A DNA stretch of 64,000 bases from an uncultured Caulobacteraceae bacterium (GTDB taxonomy: Bacteria > Pseudomonadota > Alphaproteobacteria > Caulobacterales > Caulobacteraceae). Below are positions 53,877-62,452 of the stretch, piece by piece. Each line of letters begins with the position of its first letter. Within the stretch, counting starts at the first letter, position 1. The stretch is taken from contig CAXTAO010000007.1 of NCBI GenBank assembly GCA_964242625.1, forward strand, positions 7,484 to 71,483. Reading direction: 5' to 3'. The translations under genes and the position numbers were made by a program. The notes below the pieces were generated by a model. The model ran no database searches and had not been told where the DNA came from. It worked only from the letters and a program-made list of their open reading frames with translations.

Positions 53877-54902
53877 TCATACGAACGGATGAGGCGCCGC
53901 GCCGGCGCCGGCCGTTCGCGGGGGCGCGTCGCCGGCGAGGAAGGGGGCGATCCGGCCCATGCGGCGCGCGAGTTCGGCCTGGCTGTGCACGCCGGCCTTG
54001 TCGAACACGCGTACGAGGTGGGTGCGGGCGGTCGTGCGGGCGACGCCGAGTTCGGCGGCGGCGGCGGGGAGGCCCGCGCCCGCGCCCACCCGACACGCCA
54101 CGGCGGCCTCCGCCGGGGTCATCCCGAACAGCGCCGCCACCCGCTCCGGCTCGGTCGCGCCCGCGTCCACCGAGATCGCCGCCAGGAGGAGGCAGCGCGG
54201 CCGCGACGCGCCGGCGGGCAGGGGGATGGCGATCAGCACGAGCTCGGACGCGCCCCGCGCGTCGGGCAGGCGCGCGGCCGCCCGTCGTCCGCCGGGCTCG
54301 CCCGTCGTGCGCAGGAGCTGGCTGAGCCGCGCCTGCGCCGCGGCCGTTGTCGTCCGCAGCCGGTCGCTGCGCCGAACAAGGACGGCTCCCTCGCTCAGGA
54401 GGGCGTCGGCCCGCGTGTTGGAGAACAGGATGCGGCACGCGGGATCGACCAGGAGCACCGCGTCGCCTAGCGCGTCCAGCGCGTCACGCCCGAGCCCCGC
54501 GAGCGCGAGGCGACCCCAGGCGCGGCGCGCGAGGCTGAGGTGGACCGCGACGCGGGCCGCGTCCACGGCGTCCTCCTGGGTGAAGGCGGGTCGGTCGGGA
54601 CCGCGGGCGATCGCCAGCTGCTCGACCTCTCCGGCCAGGGCGCCGGGCGCGCAGCCGGACAGCACGCGCGCGTCGGGCTGCAGCCGTAGGGCCGCCTCCG
54701 TCGTCGCGAGGGCGCCGTGGTGGCGCCAGCCGTCGGGGATCTGTCCGACGTGCACGCTGAAGGCACCCGCGCCGCCCAGCCGGGCGCCGTCCGCCCCGAA
54801 CGCCGACGCGACGTTCGCCAGCGCCTCGCGCCAGGCCAGGTCCTGCGCCGCCGCCCGAGCGAAGCTCAGGAGGAGGCGGTCGAAGGCCGGCACGCTCAGC
54901 AC
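53877..54902 (-). CDS. LuxR-family transcriptional regulator with PAS-like sensor region
   Basis: C-terminal HTH TPAEAAVACRVGAGAGLPAAAAELGVARTTARTHLVRVFDKAGVHSQAEL. Central region DALGDAVLLVDPACRILFSNTRADALL. GTG start. Confidence 0.82.
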   Translation of the reverse strand: MLSVPAFDRLLLSFARAAAQDLAWREALANVASAFGADGARLGGAGAFSVHVGQIPDGWRHHGALATTEAALRLQPDARVLSGCAPGALAGEVEQLAIARGPDRPAFTQEDAVDAARVAVHLSLARRAWGRLALAGLGRDALDALGDAVLLVDPACRILFSNTRADALLSEGAVLVRRSDRLRTTTAAAQARLSQLLRTTGEPGGRRAAARLPDARGASELVLIAIPLPAGASRPRCLLLAAISVDAGATEPERVAALFGMTPAEAAVACRVGAGAGLPAAAAELGVARTTARTHLVRVFDKAGVHSQAELARRMGRIAPFLAGDAPPRTAGAGAAPHPFV

Positions 54903-54909
54903 GGCGATC

Positions 54910-55713
54910 TCACGTGCGCAGCATGGCGAGCGCCGTGAGAAGCGCCAGTCCCAAGAGCAGGGCGGCGGCCGCCTCCTGCCGGGGCCTCGGCGCGGTGCGT
55001 TCGGCCATCAGCACGGCGAAGGTCACGAGCGTCGGCAAGGGGCCGTGCCCACCCGCCATGGGCAGGGCCATGGTGGGGCCGCAGGCGCGCAGGCACCGCC
55101 ACCCGTGGCCGAGGCCGAAGCTCACGAGGTCGCGGTCCGCCCCCGGCCCGCCGGCGCGCACCGGCCGAAGCCGGTGGCAGCGCGCGAGCGCCGACCGCTT
55201 CGCGCCCGACAGCTGCCACGCGGCCGCCCCGGCGCAACCGGCCGCGCCCACCGTCGCCGGGCCGAGCGGCCCGAGGCGCCCCACCGCAGCGGCCGCGAGC
55301 GCGAGTCCGACCGACCCGCCGATCGCCGCGGCGGCCCAGACCAGCCCGTAGCCGAGCGCGAAGCACGCCGACGCGCGCTCTCGCCGGTCGGGAAAGCTCC
55401 GGCTGGCCACATGCCCGATCATGGGCGCGATCAAGGGCGGCATGGTCGCCAGGAGCATCAGCCCGATCTCGGACGCGAGCGCGGGCGCGCCGCCCAAAGC
55501 GAGCGGACCGGCTCCCGGTCGCGGCGCGAGGCAGAGCGGCCAAGCGGCGCCCGCATGCGGGACGCTCCACAACAACCCCCAGCCCACGAGCGCGGGGAGG
55601 ACGGACCAGCGGAACACCGGCGAGCGCAGCCCGCGCCGCGCGCCCGCCGTGAAGATCGGCGACCTCCGCGCCGCGCCGGGCGGGAGGGCCCGCTCCCTGG
55701 TGGCTCGCCGCAC
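54910..55713 (-). CDS. Polytopic membrane protein, DUF2182-like (predicted metal-binding)
   Basis: Several hydrophobic segments with Met/His-rich motifs (LLATMPPLIAPMIGHV, MALPMAGGHG). GTG start 9 nt after the tyrosinase stop. The family assignment is from memory. Confidence 0.6.
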   Translation of the reverse strand: MRRATRERALPPGAARRSPIFTAGARRGLRSPVFRWSVLPALVGWGLLWSVPHAGAAWPLCLAPRPGAGPLALGGAPALASEIGLMLLATMPPLIAPMIGHVASRSFPDRRERASACFALGYGLVWAAAAIGGSVGLALAAAAVGRLGPLGPATVGAAGCAGAAAWQLSGAKRSALARCHRLRPVRAGGPGADRDLVSFGLGHGWRCLRACGPTMALPMAGGHGPLPTLVTFAVLMAERTAPRPRQEAAAALLLGLALLTALAMLRT

Positions 55714-55722
55714 CGTGCGCGC

Positions 55723-57351
55723 TCACGCGGGCGCGTCGCCGCCGCCCGTCGTATCCTCCCCGCCGCCACCGTGCTCGCCCGGGTCTCCCTCGCCGCCGCC
55801 GCCGGTCGGATCGCCGCCCCCGCCGGTCGTGTCGTCCCCGCCGCCAGCCACCAAGGTCTCGCCGGACCCGCCGCCGCCCGAGGTGTCCTCGCCCGATCCG
55901 CCCTCTGATGTCTCCGCTCCGGCGAAGAACAGGCTGACGCGGCCGACGCTCAGGCTGGCGGTCATGTTGTCGGGCAACATGACCCGGATCTCCTCGGGCG
56001 GTTCTGCGTCGTCTACCGCGGAGGCGGGCCGGCGCTCGAGGTTGACGGACAGCTCCGTGGCGCTTCCGTCCGAGAGGCCCAGCGCTTCGGCGAGATCGGT
56101 CAGGTCGAAGACCTGGGTCACGCCGCCGCCGCCGTGATCGCCGTCCTCCTGGCTGGCCAGCGCCACGCCGAACGTGCCGAAGAGGCCCACCGGGGTGAAG
56201 TCGTCATGGTCGGACGGCTTCACCGCGATCGCGATGTCCCCCGGCACGCCCGCCCCCGTGACGTTCTCGACGTTCAGGAACACGCCCTCCGGCCGCCGTT
56301 TGGCGCTGTCGGTGAAGGAGAAGGCGGACCGCTCGGGCGAGAGCGGCAGGCTAAGCGTCGCCGCGACGCCTTCCTCCAGCGCGACGGAGGTCCCGTCGCT
56401 CGCGCCCACGAGTTCGGCGCCCTGCGCCGGCGGTTCGTCCCCCGCTCCCCCGCCGCTCTCCCCCGTGTCGGCCATCGCCACGACCTCGTGCACGGGAGGC
56501 GTGCTGTCGTAGCAGTATCCGTGCATCAGCTTGGAGGTGTCCAGCACGTCCTTGCCGGTGAAGGTCACGGCCGCGCCCTTGGCGTCATGGAAGCCGAAGC
56601 TCTGGGTCGTCAGCCAGCTCGCGTCCTTGGGGCTCCTGTGCTTGGGATCCGCGTTGCGCCACACCTCCCACAGCCGGTCGATGTTGCAATGGTGCAGCCA
56701 GAAGATCGGGTCGAGCGCGGCGGTGTTGGGGTCGCCCATCCACCCCCCGATCTGGCCGTGCACGACGTTGTGCGGCACATTCTCGAGCAGCCCGCTGACG
56801 CCCCGAAAGTGGTTGAAGCCGGTGCGCGGACCGCCGAAGCCTGGCGAGCCTCCACCCACGCCTCCCGCGAAGATGGCCGACTTCAGCGCGTCCAGCGTGA
56901 CCACGTCGTCTGTCAGGCTGAAGTCGCCATTGGAGACCCTGGCGCGCGTCGCCCACAGCGCGTTGCGTCCGCCGCCGGCCAGCTTGGCGTCGCGGAACGC
57001 GGTGGGCAGCAGCCGCGCGTTGGGCTGTTTGGACGTGTCCTGGCTGTAGTCCCAGTAGGGCAGCGCCCAATCGGCGGGGCCGCCGAGGCCGGCCACCGCC
57101 CCCGCCACCACCGCCTCGAGACAGGTGATGTACGCACGATGCCAGGGCAGGAAGTACCAGCTCTGGTGCTGGCACTGGTTCCAGAACGGGTCGGCGCCCG
57201 AGGGCGGCGCGGTGTAGGCGCCGTGCACCCCTGCCATGTACGTCCAGCTGGTCGGATCGTCCGGCTTGCGTGCGAGCAGGACCTCGATCGCGCGCCGGTA
57301 CCAGTCGAGCGTGGCGTCGCCGGCCGGCAGCGACCAGACGTTCTTGCGCAT
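55723..57351 (-). CDS. Tyrosinase / polyphenol oxidase (type-3 copper) with C-terminal cap-like domain and a Gly/Asp/Thr-rich tail
   Basis: CuA region FWNQCQHQSWYFLPWHRAY. CuB region NVPHNVVHGQIGG...DPIFWLHHCNIDRLW. C-terminal domain VFLNVENVTG...VTQVFDLTDL. The ATG at 57351 is the first Met before the conserved core, but the SD is weak. Confidence 0.85.
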   Translation of the reverse strand: MRKNVWSLPAGDATLDWYRRAIEVLLARKPDDPTSWTYMAGVHGAYTAPPSGADPFWNQCQHQSWYFLPWHRAYITCLEAVVAGAVAGLGGPADWALPYWDYSQDTSKQPNARLLPTAFRDAKLAGGGRNALWATRARVSNGDFSLTDDVVTLDALKSAIFAGGVGGGSPGFGGPRTGFNHFRGVSGLLENVPHNVVHGQIGGWMGDPNTAALDPIFWLHHCNIDRLWEVWRNADPKHRSPKDASWLTTQSFGFHDAKGAAVTFTGKDVLDTSKLMHGYCYDSTPPVHEVVAMADTGESGGGAGDEPPAQGAELVGASDGTSVALEEGVAATLSLPLSPERSAFSFTDSAKRRPEGVFLNVENVTGAGVPGDIAIAVKPSDHDDFTPVGLFGTFGVALASQEDGDHGGGGVTQVFDLTDLAEALGLSDGSATELSVNLERRPASAVDDAEPPEEIRVMLPDNMTASLSVGRVSLFFAGAETSEGGSGEDTSGGGGSGETLVAGGGDDTTGGGGDPTGGGGEGDPGEHGGGGEDTTGGGDAPA

Positions 57352-57824
57352 TCTCACAGCCACGGCGAACCCCTTCCGCAAGGCCTGTACGGCCCGGATC
57401 GTTGGACGGAAGGACGCCCGCCCCGACGCGACTGGACGCTTTCGCGCGCCAGGATGGCCGCCGCCGCCCCTGCGCACGTCTCCGATCCCCGCGCCGCGCG
57501 CGTGCTTCGGTAGATGGAATTGTCTGGACTAACTGCCCGTATCTGGCGCCCGTCCACAGCGGGTTTCAAGCACAAATCGCGTCATTAGCTATCTTTTCGC
57601 GTCGTGAAGGCGCGTACGCGGCCAGATTTATCGAGGAGTGCTGTGCATTTGTGGGCTGATATGGTTCGTATGCGAACCTAATCTCGACTCACCTGTGGTT
57701 GCCGTGCCTTTGTGCGAACTACGTCCGCGCAACTTCAACGTGTCCGCAGATCCGCCCGGTGGAGCTGGCCGCTTCAGCGCGCGACGAAGCGCGATCGGCC
57801 TGCGGCGTCAGCCTCAGCCGGCGC

Positions 57825-58361
57825 TCAACGGGTGAGCGCCCACCAGCCGACGACGCCCGCAGCGATCCACGACAGGACGATCAGCGCGGGCAGGGCCAGC
57901 GTCGTCCCGAAGCCCAGGACGGTGGCGACGCGGTCGCCGCCTCCCACCAGCTGGGGCAGACCGGCGGCGGCGGCCCGGGCGCCCATGCGTACGTCCCAGG
58001 TGTGGGAGAGCCGAAGCATGGCGGTCGCCGCGGCGGCCACGCTGGCCATGGTGATGAGCGCGGAGAGCACGCCCACGCCGCCGATGACGAAGACCGCGTC
58101 GTGGGCCAGGGCGGCTATCCGAAGGCCGCGTCCGTCGGTTGCGGCGGGCGCCGCCGCGTGCGTCGCGTCGGCGAGCTTCAGCAGGGTCGCGCCGTAGAAG
58201 GCGAACAGAAACCCGTGAACGGCCAATCCCGACTTCACCCGCTGGTCGATCAGGGCGTCTTCGTGCTCGAGGTAGCCCCGATATATGCGGTACAGCGCCT
58301 CGGGAGCGATGGCAGCCTCTTCGGCCCCCGATGCGGTTTGCGGCGGGGAGGTCGCGTCCAT
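57825..58361 (-). CDS. Hypothetical integral membrane protein
   Basis: ATG at 58361 after GGAGGA. N-terminal amphipathic YRIYRGYLEHEDALIDQR followed by three or four hydrophobic segments. I do not recognise a family. Confidence 0.65.
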   Translation of the reverse strand: MDATSPPQTASGAEEAAIAPEALYRIYRGYLEHEDALIDQRVKSGLAVHGFLFAFYGATLLKLADATHAAAPAATDGRGLRIAALAHDAVFVIGGVGVLSALITMASVAAAATAMLRLSHTWDVRMGARAAAAGLPQLVGGGDRVATVLGFGTTLALPALIVLSWIAAGVVGWWALTR

Positions 58362-58515
58362 GGCGTCATCCTCCGGGTTCCCAGATCCAGCATTAGGCGA
58401 TGTCTTTCCCCCTACCCGCAAGAGCCTAGGGTCGGGCGGACCGACGCAGGCGTTCCTGCACGTGGGCGGCCTCTGACGGGCTTGAGATCATCTCGCGCGC
58501 GCATAGATCGGGGCG

Positions 58516-59532
58516 ATGGCGTCGACTTCCCCGCGCGAGCCGTTCGTCGACGCCGCGTCCTCTCCGCCCGCCGCTGCGATCGCACAAGCTTTCGCCGAGG
58601 CGCTCGACACCGCCCAGGCCTGGGTGGGAGTGACCGCGCCCAACCCCGCCGTCGGCTGCGTCCTCCTCGATCGGGCGGGCGAGGTGCTGGCGTGCGCCGC
58701 GCACCAGCGGGCCGGGACCGCCCACGCCGAGGCGGCGGCGCTGGCCGAGGCGAGCGCGCGCCGCGTGACCGCACGCGTGCACACCGCGGTCGTCACGCTC
58801 GAGCCCTGCAGCCACACCGGCCGCACCGGGCCTTGCGCCGACGCCCTCCTGACGACTCCCGTGCGCCACGTCTGGATCGGCGCGCCGGACCCGCACCCCA
58901 GGGCGCCCGGCGCCGGCGCGGCCCGGCTTCGGGCGGCGGGGGTCGTCGTGTGCGGTATCGGCGAGCTCGAGCACGCCGACGCCGGCGTGCTGGCGGCGCG
59001 GGCGGCGCGCCTCGTCGCGCCCTTCGCCAAGCACGCGCGCACGGGGCGTCCCTGGGTGCTGATCAAGACCGCGCGCGACGTCCGCGGTTCGATGATCCCG
59101 CCGCCGGGCGCCAAGACCTTCACCTCCGACGCCTCGCTCGACCACGCGCACCGCCTGCGGCGCGAGGCCGACGCCATCGTCACCGGCTCAGGGTGCGTGC
59201 TGGCGGATGATCCCGCCTTCACCGTCCGCAGGGTCGCGGACCACGCCGGCAAACGTCGCCTCCTGGCGATCCTTGATCGCCGCCGTCGCGTGCCGACCGC
59301 ATACCTGGAGCAGGCGAGGGCGCGGGGGCTGGACGCCCGGATCTATGACGACCTCGACAACATGCTGGACGACCTCGGGGCGGCGGGCGCGATCTCGGCG
59401 CTCGTCGAGGCGGGCCCGACGCTGCGCGCCGCCCTGATCGAACGCCATCTTTGGGACGAGGAGGTGGTGTTCACCCGGAGCGGGGACGCCGGGGTCGCCG
59501 ATACGGTCGAGACGCTGAGGCTCCTCCCATGA
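58516..59532 (+). CDS. ribD: Bifunctional riboflavin biosynthesis deaminase/reductase
   Basis: Deaminase motifs PNPAVGCVLL, HAEAAAL and VTLEPCSHTGRTGPC, followed by a reductase domain. Confidence 0.9.
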   Translation: MASTSPREPFVDAASSPPAAAIAQAFAEALDTAQAWVGVTAPNPAVGCVLLDRAGEVLACAAHQRAGTAHAEAAALAEASARRVTARVHTAVVTLEPCSHTGRTGPCADALLTTPVRHVWIGAPDPHPRAPGAGAARLRAAGVVVCGIGELEHADAGVLAARAARLVAPFAKHARTGRPWVLIKTARDVRGSMIPPPGAKTFTSDASLDHAHRLRREADAIVTGSGCVLADDPAFTVRRVADHAGKRRLLAILDRRRRVPTAYLEQARARGLDARIYDDLDNMLDDLGAAGAISALVEAGPTLRAALIERHLWDEEVVFTRSGDAGVADTVETLRLLP

Positions 59533-59569
59533 CGTTCGTCGCCCGCCGCCGCTCCACCCTCGCGGGCCC

Positions 59570-60244
59570 ATGTCGGGACCTCTGAACGCCGCCATGCCCC
59601 AGACCGCGCCCGCCGCCGCGACCGTCGAGGAGGTGGCGCGCGCGCCGCTGCCCTCCCGGTACGGCGAAGGCTTCGTCGCCCACGCCTTCCGCGATGTCAG
59701 CGACGGGACCGAGCACCTCGCCCTGGTCAAGGGCGCGCCCGGCCGGGGCGCGCTCGTGCGCATCCATTCGGAGTGCCTCACCGGCGACGCGCTGGGCTCG
59801 CTGCGCTGCGACTGCGGCGAGCAGCTGCGCACGGCCCTGGCGCGGATCGCGCAGAGCGAGGCCGGCGTGCTCGTCTACGTGCGCGGTCACGAAGGCCGTG
59901 GCATAGGCCTGGCCAACAAGATCGCCGCCTATGCCCTGCAGGATCGGGGGCTCGACACCGTCGAGGCGAACACCGTCTTGGGCTTCCCCGCCGACGCCCG
60001 CGACTACGCCGCGGCTGCCGCCATCCTGCGCAGCCTCGGCGCTCACGACGTTCGCCTCCTCACCAACAACCCGCTGAAAGCGCAGGCTCTGCGGGCGCAC
60101 GGCGTGACCGTCCGCGAGGAGCTGGCGCTGGCGCCCGACGCCAACCCGCACAACGCGAGCTATCTCGCGGCCAAGCGCGACAAGATGGGCCATCGGCTGG
60201 AGGGCGGCGAGCCCGACGTTCTCGTCTCCGCGACCTCCGCGTGA
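59570..60244 (+). CDS. ribA: GTP cyclohydrolase II
   Basis: VRIHSECLTGDALGSLRCDCGEQL (Zn site), GHEGRGIGL and LLTNNP motifs. Confidence 0.92.
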   Translation: MSGPLNAAMPQTAPAAATVEEVARAPLPSRYGEGFVAHAFRDVSDGTEHLALVKGAPGRGALVRIHSECLTGDALGSLRCDCGEQLRTALARIAQSEAGVLVYVRGHEGRGIGLANKIAAYALQDRGLDTVEANTVLGFPADARDYAAAAAILRSLGAHDVRLLTNNPLKAQALRAHGVTVREELALAPDANPHNASYLAAKRDKMGHRLEGGEPDVLVSATSA

Positions 60245-60252
60245 GGCGCGCG

Positions 60253-60855
60253 TCAGCCGCCGGAGGGGCGGGGGCCGGGCAGCATGCGCTCCACCTCCGG
60301 CTCGCGATCGAGCCACTGGTGCTTGAGCGCCGCGCCGACGTGCAGGGCGAAGAGCGCGTACAGCGAGTAGGCGAGCCAGGCGTGCACCGCGAACCAGACG
60401 TCGTGCGCATGCTCCTTCGCGGCCGGCGGCAGGTCGGCGAGCGCGGGCAGGTGCGGGAAGGGGACGAGCCAGAACAGCCGCAGCGGATGGGTCGGCGCGT
60501 CCTTCCAAGCCGAGTCGTGGAGCCAGCCGGAGAACGGCAGGGCCAGGATGACAAGGTAGATGGCGCCATGCGCCAGGTGCGCGAGGATCCGCTCGGCGCG
60601 CGGGTATGCGCGGGGCAGGGGCGGAGGTCGATGCCGCGCCCGCCACAGGACGCGCAGGAGCACGAGCCCGAACACGGTGATCCCGACCGACTTGTGCAGG
60701 TCGATCGCGGGCCGCACCCAACCCGGCGGCCATTTGTCGGCGAACCAGACGAGCACGAGGTTCAGGCCGATCAGCGCCGCCACCGCCCAGTGCAGCGCCA
60801 TCGCCACGCCGGTGTAGCGCGGGCCGGCGTAGGGTGTGCGCGGCTGGGTGGGCAT
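60253..60855 (-). CDS. Cytochrome b561 family protein
   Basis: Four TM helices with conserved His residues (ALHWAVA, LHKSVG, HLAHGAIY, HAWLAYSL). Confidence 0.85.
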   Translation of the reverse strand: MPTQPRTPYAGPRYTGVAMALHWAVAALIGLNLVLVWFADKWPPGWVRPAIDLHKSVGITVFGLVLLRVLWRARHRPPPLPRAYPRAERILAHLAHGAIYLVILALPFSGWLHDSAWKDAPTHPLRLFWLVPFPHLPALADLPPAAKEHAHDVWFAVHAWLAYSLYALFALHVGAALKHQWLDREPEVERMLPGPRPSGG

Positions 60856-60893
60856 GGGCGGACGTCCTGGCCGACCCCTGAAGGGAGCGGTGC

Positions 60894-62363
60894 GTGGCGT
60901 CGAACCTAGGCCAGCCCTCGCGCGGCGCCCAGGAGGCGCTCGCCGTCGTGCGTCGCGCGACTTCGCCGCGCCTGAACGCGCCGCCCACGCCGCTGGCGAG
61001 CCGCGCCATCCACGCCGCCGTGATCCTCGTCTGGCTGGCGCTCCTGGCCGCCCCGTTCGGGCTGCACGGCGTGTGGGCGTGGTCTGCGGGGCTCGTTTAC
61101 GTCAGCTACGACACGCTGCTCCTCGCCTTCACCTTCTGGCAGACGTGGCCGCTGTCGCGCCCGGCGCAGGTGGTCGCAGCGGTCGATGGGCTCCGTCCCA
61201 CCGTCGGCGTGATCGTCGCGGCGAGGGACGAGGCGCTGGTGCTGCCGGTCACGCTCGCGGCCCTCCTCGCCCAAACCGATCCACCCGACCGCATCCTCGT
61301 CGCCGACGACGGCTCGACCGACGACACCGCCCGCGTGCTGGGGGAGAGCTACGGCCTGGCGCCCCCGCCGCTGGGCGAGGTCGCCACGGGGCCGGGGCCT
61401 GTCGCCTGGCTGCGGCTGGAGAACGGCGGCAAGGCGCGCGCGCTGAACGTGGCGCTGCCGCTGATGGACACCGAAGTGGTCATCACGGTGGACGCCGACA
61501 CCCTGCTCCGCGCGGACGCGGTCGGGGCGGTGCGTGACGCCTTCGCGGCCGAGCCCGGGCTCGTCGCGGCCACGGGCGTGCTCACCCCGGTGTGCGCGCC
61601 CACCGCGGCGGGTCGGCTGTTCCAGTGGTTCCAGACCTACGAGTACATCCGCAACTTCCTGTCGCGCTACGCCTGGATGCGGATGGGCGGGCTCCTGCTC
61701 ATTTCCGGTGCCTTTGCCGGCTTCCGGCGCTCGGCCGCGCTGGAGGTGGGCGGGTTCGACCCGGATTGTCTGGTGGAGGACTACGAGCTGATCCACCGCC
61801 TCAAGCGCTATGGCGCGCTCCGCGGACGGGGCTGGACGACGCGGGTGCTGGGCGGGGCGCTGGCGCGCACCGAGGCCCCGGGCGCTACGGGCGCCTTCCT
61901 GCGCCAGCGCCGGCGCTGGTTCGGCGGCTTCCTGCAGACGCAGTACTGGTACCGCGACATGGTTGGCGACCGGCGCTACGGCGCGCTCGGCTGGGCGATG
62001 CTGCCGGTCAAGGCCGTCGACACGCTGCAGCCCGTCTACGGCCTGACCGCCTTCGCGCTTCTGTGCCTGTACGTCGTGCAGGGACGGCTGGGCGTCCTGG
62101 CCCCCGTCGCGGGGGTGATCGCGGCCAAGATCGTGATCGACTTCTCCTTCCAGCTGTGGGCGATCCACCTCTATCGCCGCTGGGTCGGCGACCCGCGCGC
62201 CGCCTCCTACGGACAGGCGTTCGCCGCCTCGCTGATCGAGCCGTTCAGCTTCCAGCTCCTGCGCCACGTGGGCGCGGTCTGGGGCTGGGGCGCCTTTCTC
62301 GTCGGCCGTCAGACCTGGGGAGCGCAGCGGCGGGCAGGCGCCCTGGGCGGAGTGGAAGCCTGA
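60894..62363 (+). CDS. Membrane-embedded family-2 glycosyltransferase (processive synthase-like)
   Basis: VGVIVAARDE...DDGSTDDT...GGKARALN...VDADT...QRRRWFGG (QxxRW-type motif), flanked by N- and C-terminal TM segments. Confidence 0.85.
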   Translation: MASNLGQPSRGAQEALAVVRRATSPRLNAPPTPLASRAIHAAVILVWLALLAAPFGLHGVWAWSAGLVYVSYDTLLLAFTFWQTWPLSRPAQVVAAVDGLRPTVGVIVAARDEALVLPVTLAALLAQTDPPDRILVADDGSTDDTARVLGESYGLAPPPLGEVATGPGPVAWLRLENGGKARALNVALPLMDTEVVITVDADTLLRADAVGAVRDAFAAEPGLVAATGVLTPVCAPTAAGRLFQWFQTYEYIRNFLSRYAWMRMGGLLLISGAFAGFRRSAALEVGGFDPDCLVEDYELIHRLKRYGALRGRGWTTRVLGGALARTEAPGATGAFLRQRRRWFGGFLQTQYWYRDMVGDRRYGALGWAMLPVKAVDTLQPVYGLTAFALLCLYVVQGRLGVLAPVAGVIAAKIVIDFSFQLWAIHLYRRWVGDPRAASYGQAFAASLIEPFSFQLLRHVGAVWGWGAFLVGRQTWGAQRRAGALGGVEA

Positions 62364-62452
62364 GGACGCAAGCGCCAGAGTGGGAAGGTGCAGGTGTCGC
62401 CGGCTTCTCGCCCGAACACGCGGCCAATCGGCGGCTCCCGCGTTGGCCGGGG

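Noticed and set aside
55726-55908. Repetitive G/C-rich DNA that at first glance looked like a short repeat array.
   Set aside because: The repeats are imperfect and in frame. They encode the Gly/Asp/Thr-rich tail of the tyrosinase. There is no repeat-spacer periodicity, so this is not a CRISPR array or a non-coding satellite.
58422-58515. An FMN riboswitch in the ribD leader.
   Set aside because: The leader is only about 95 nt long, and I could not find the conserved RFN core segments by eye. I left it as something to check rather than a feature.
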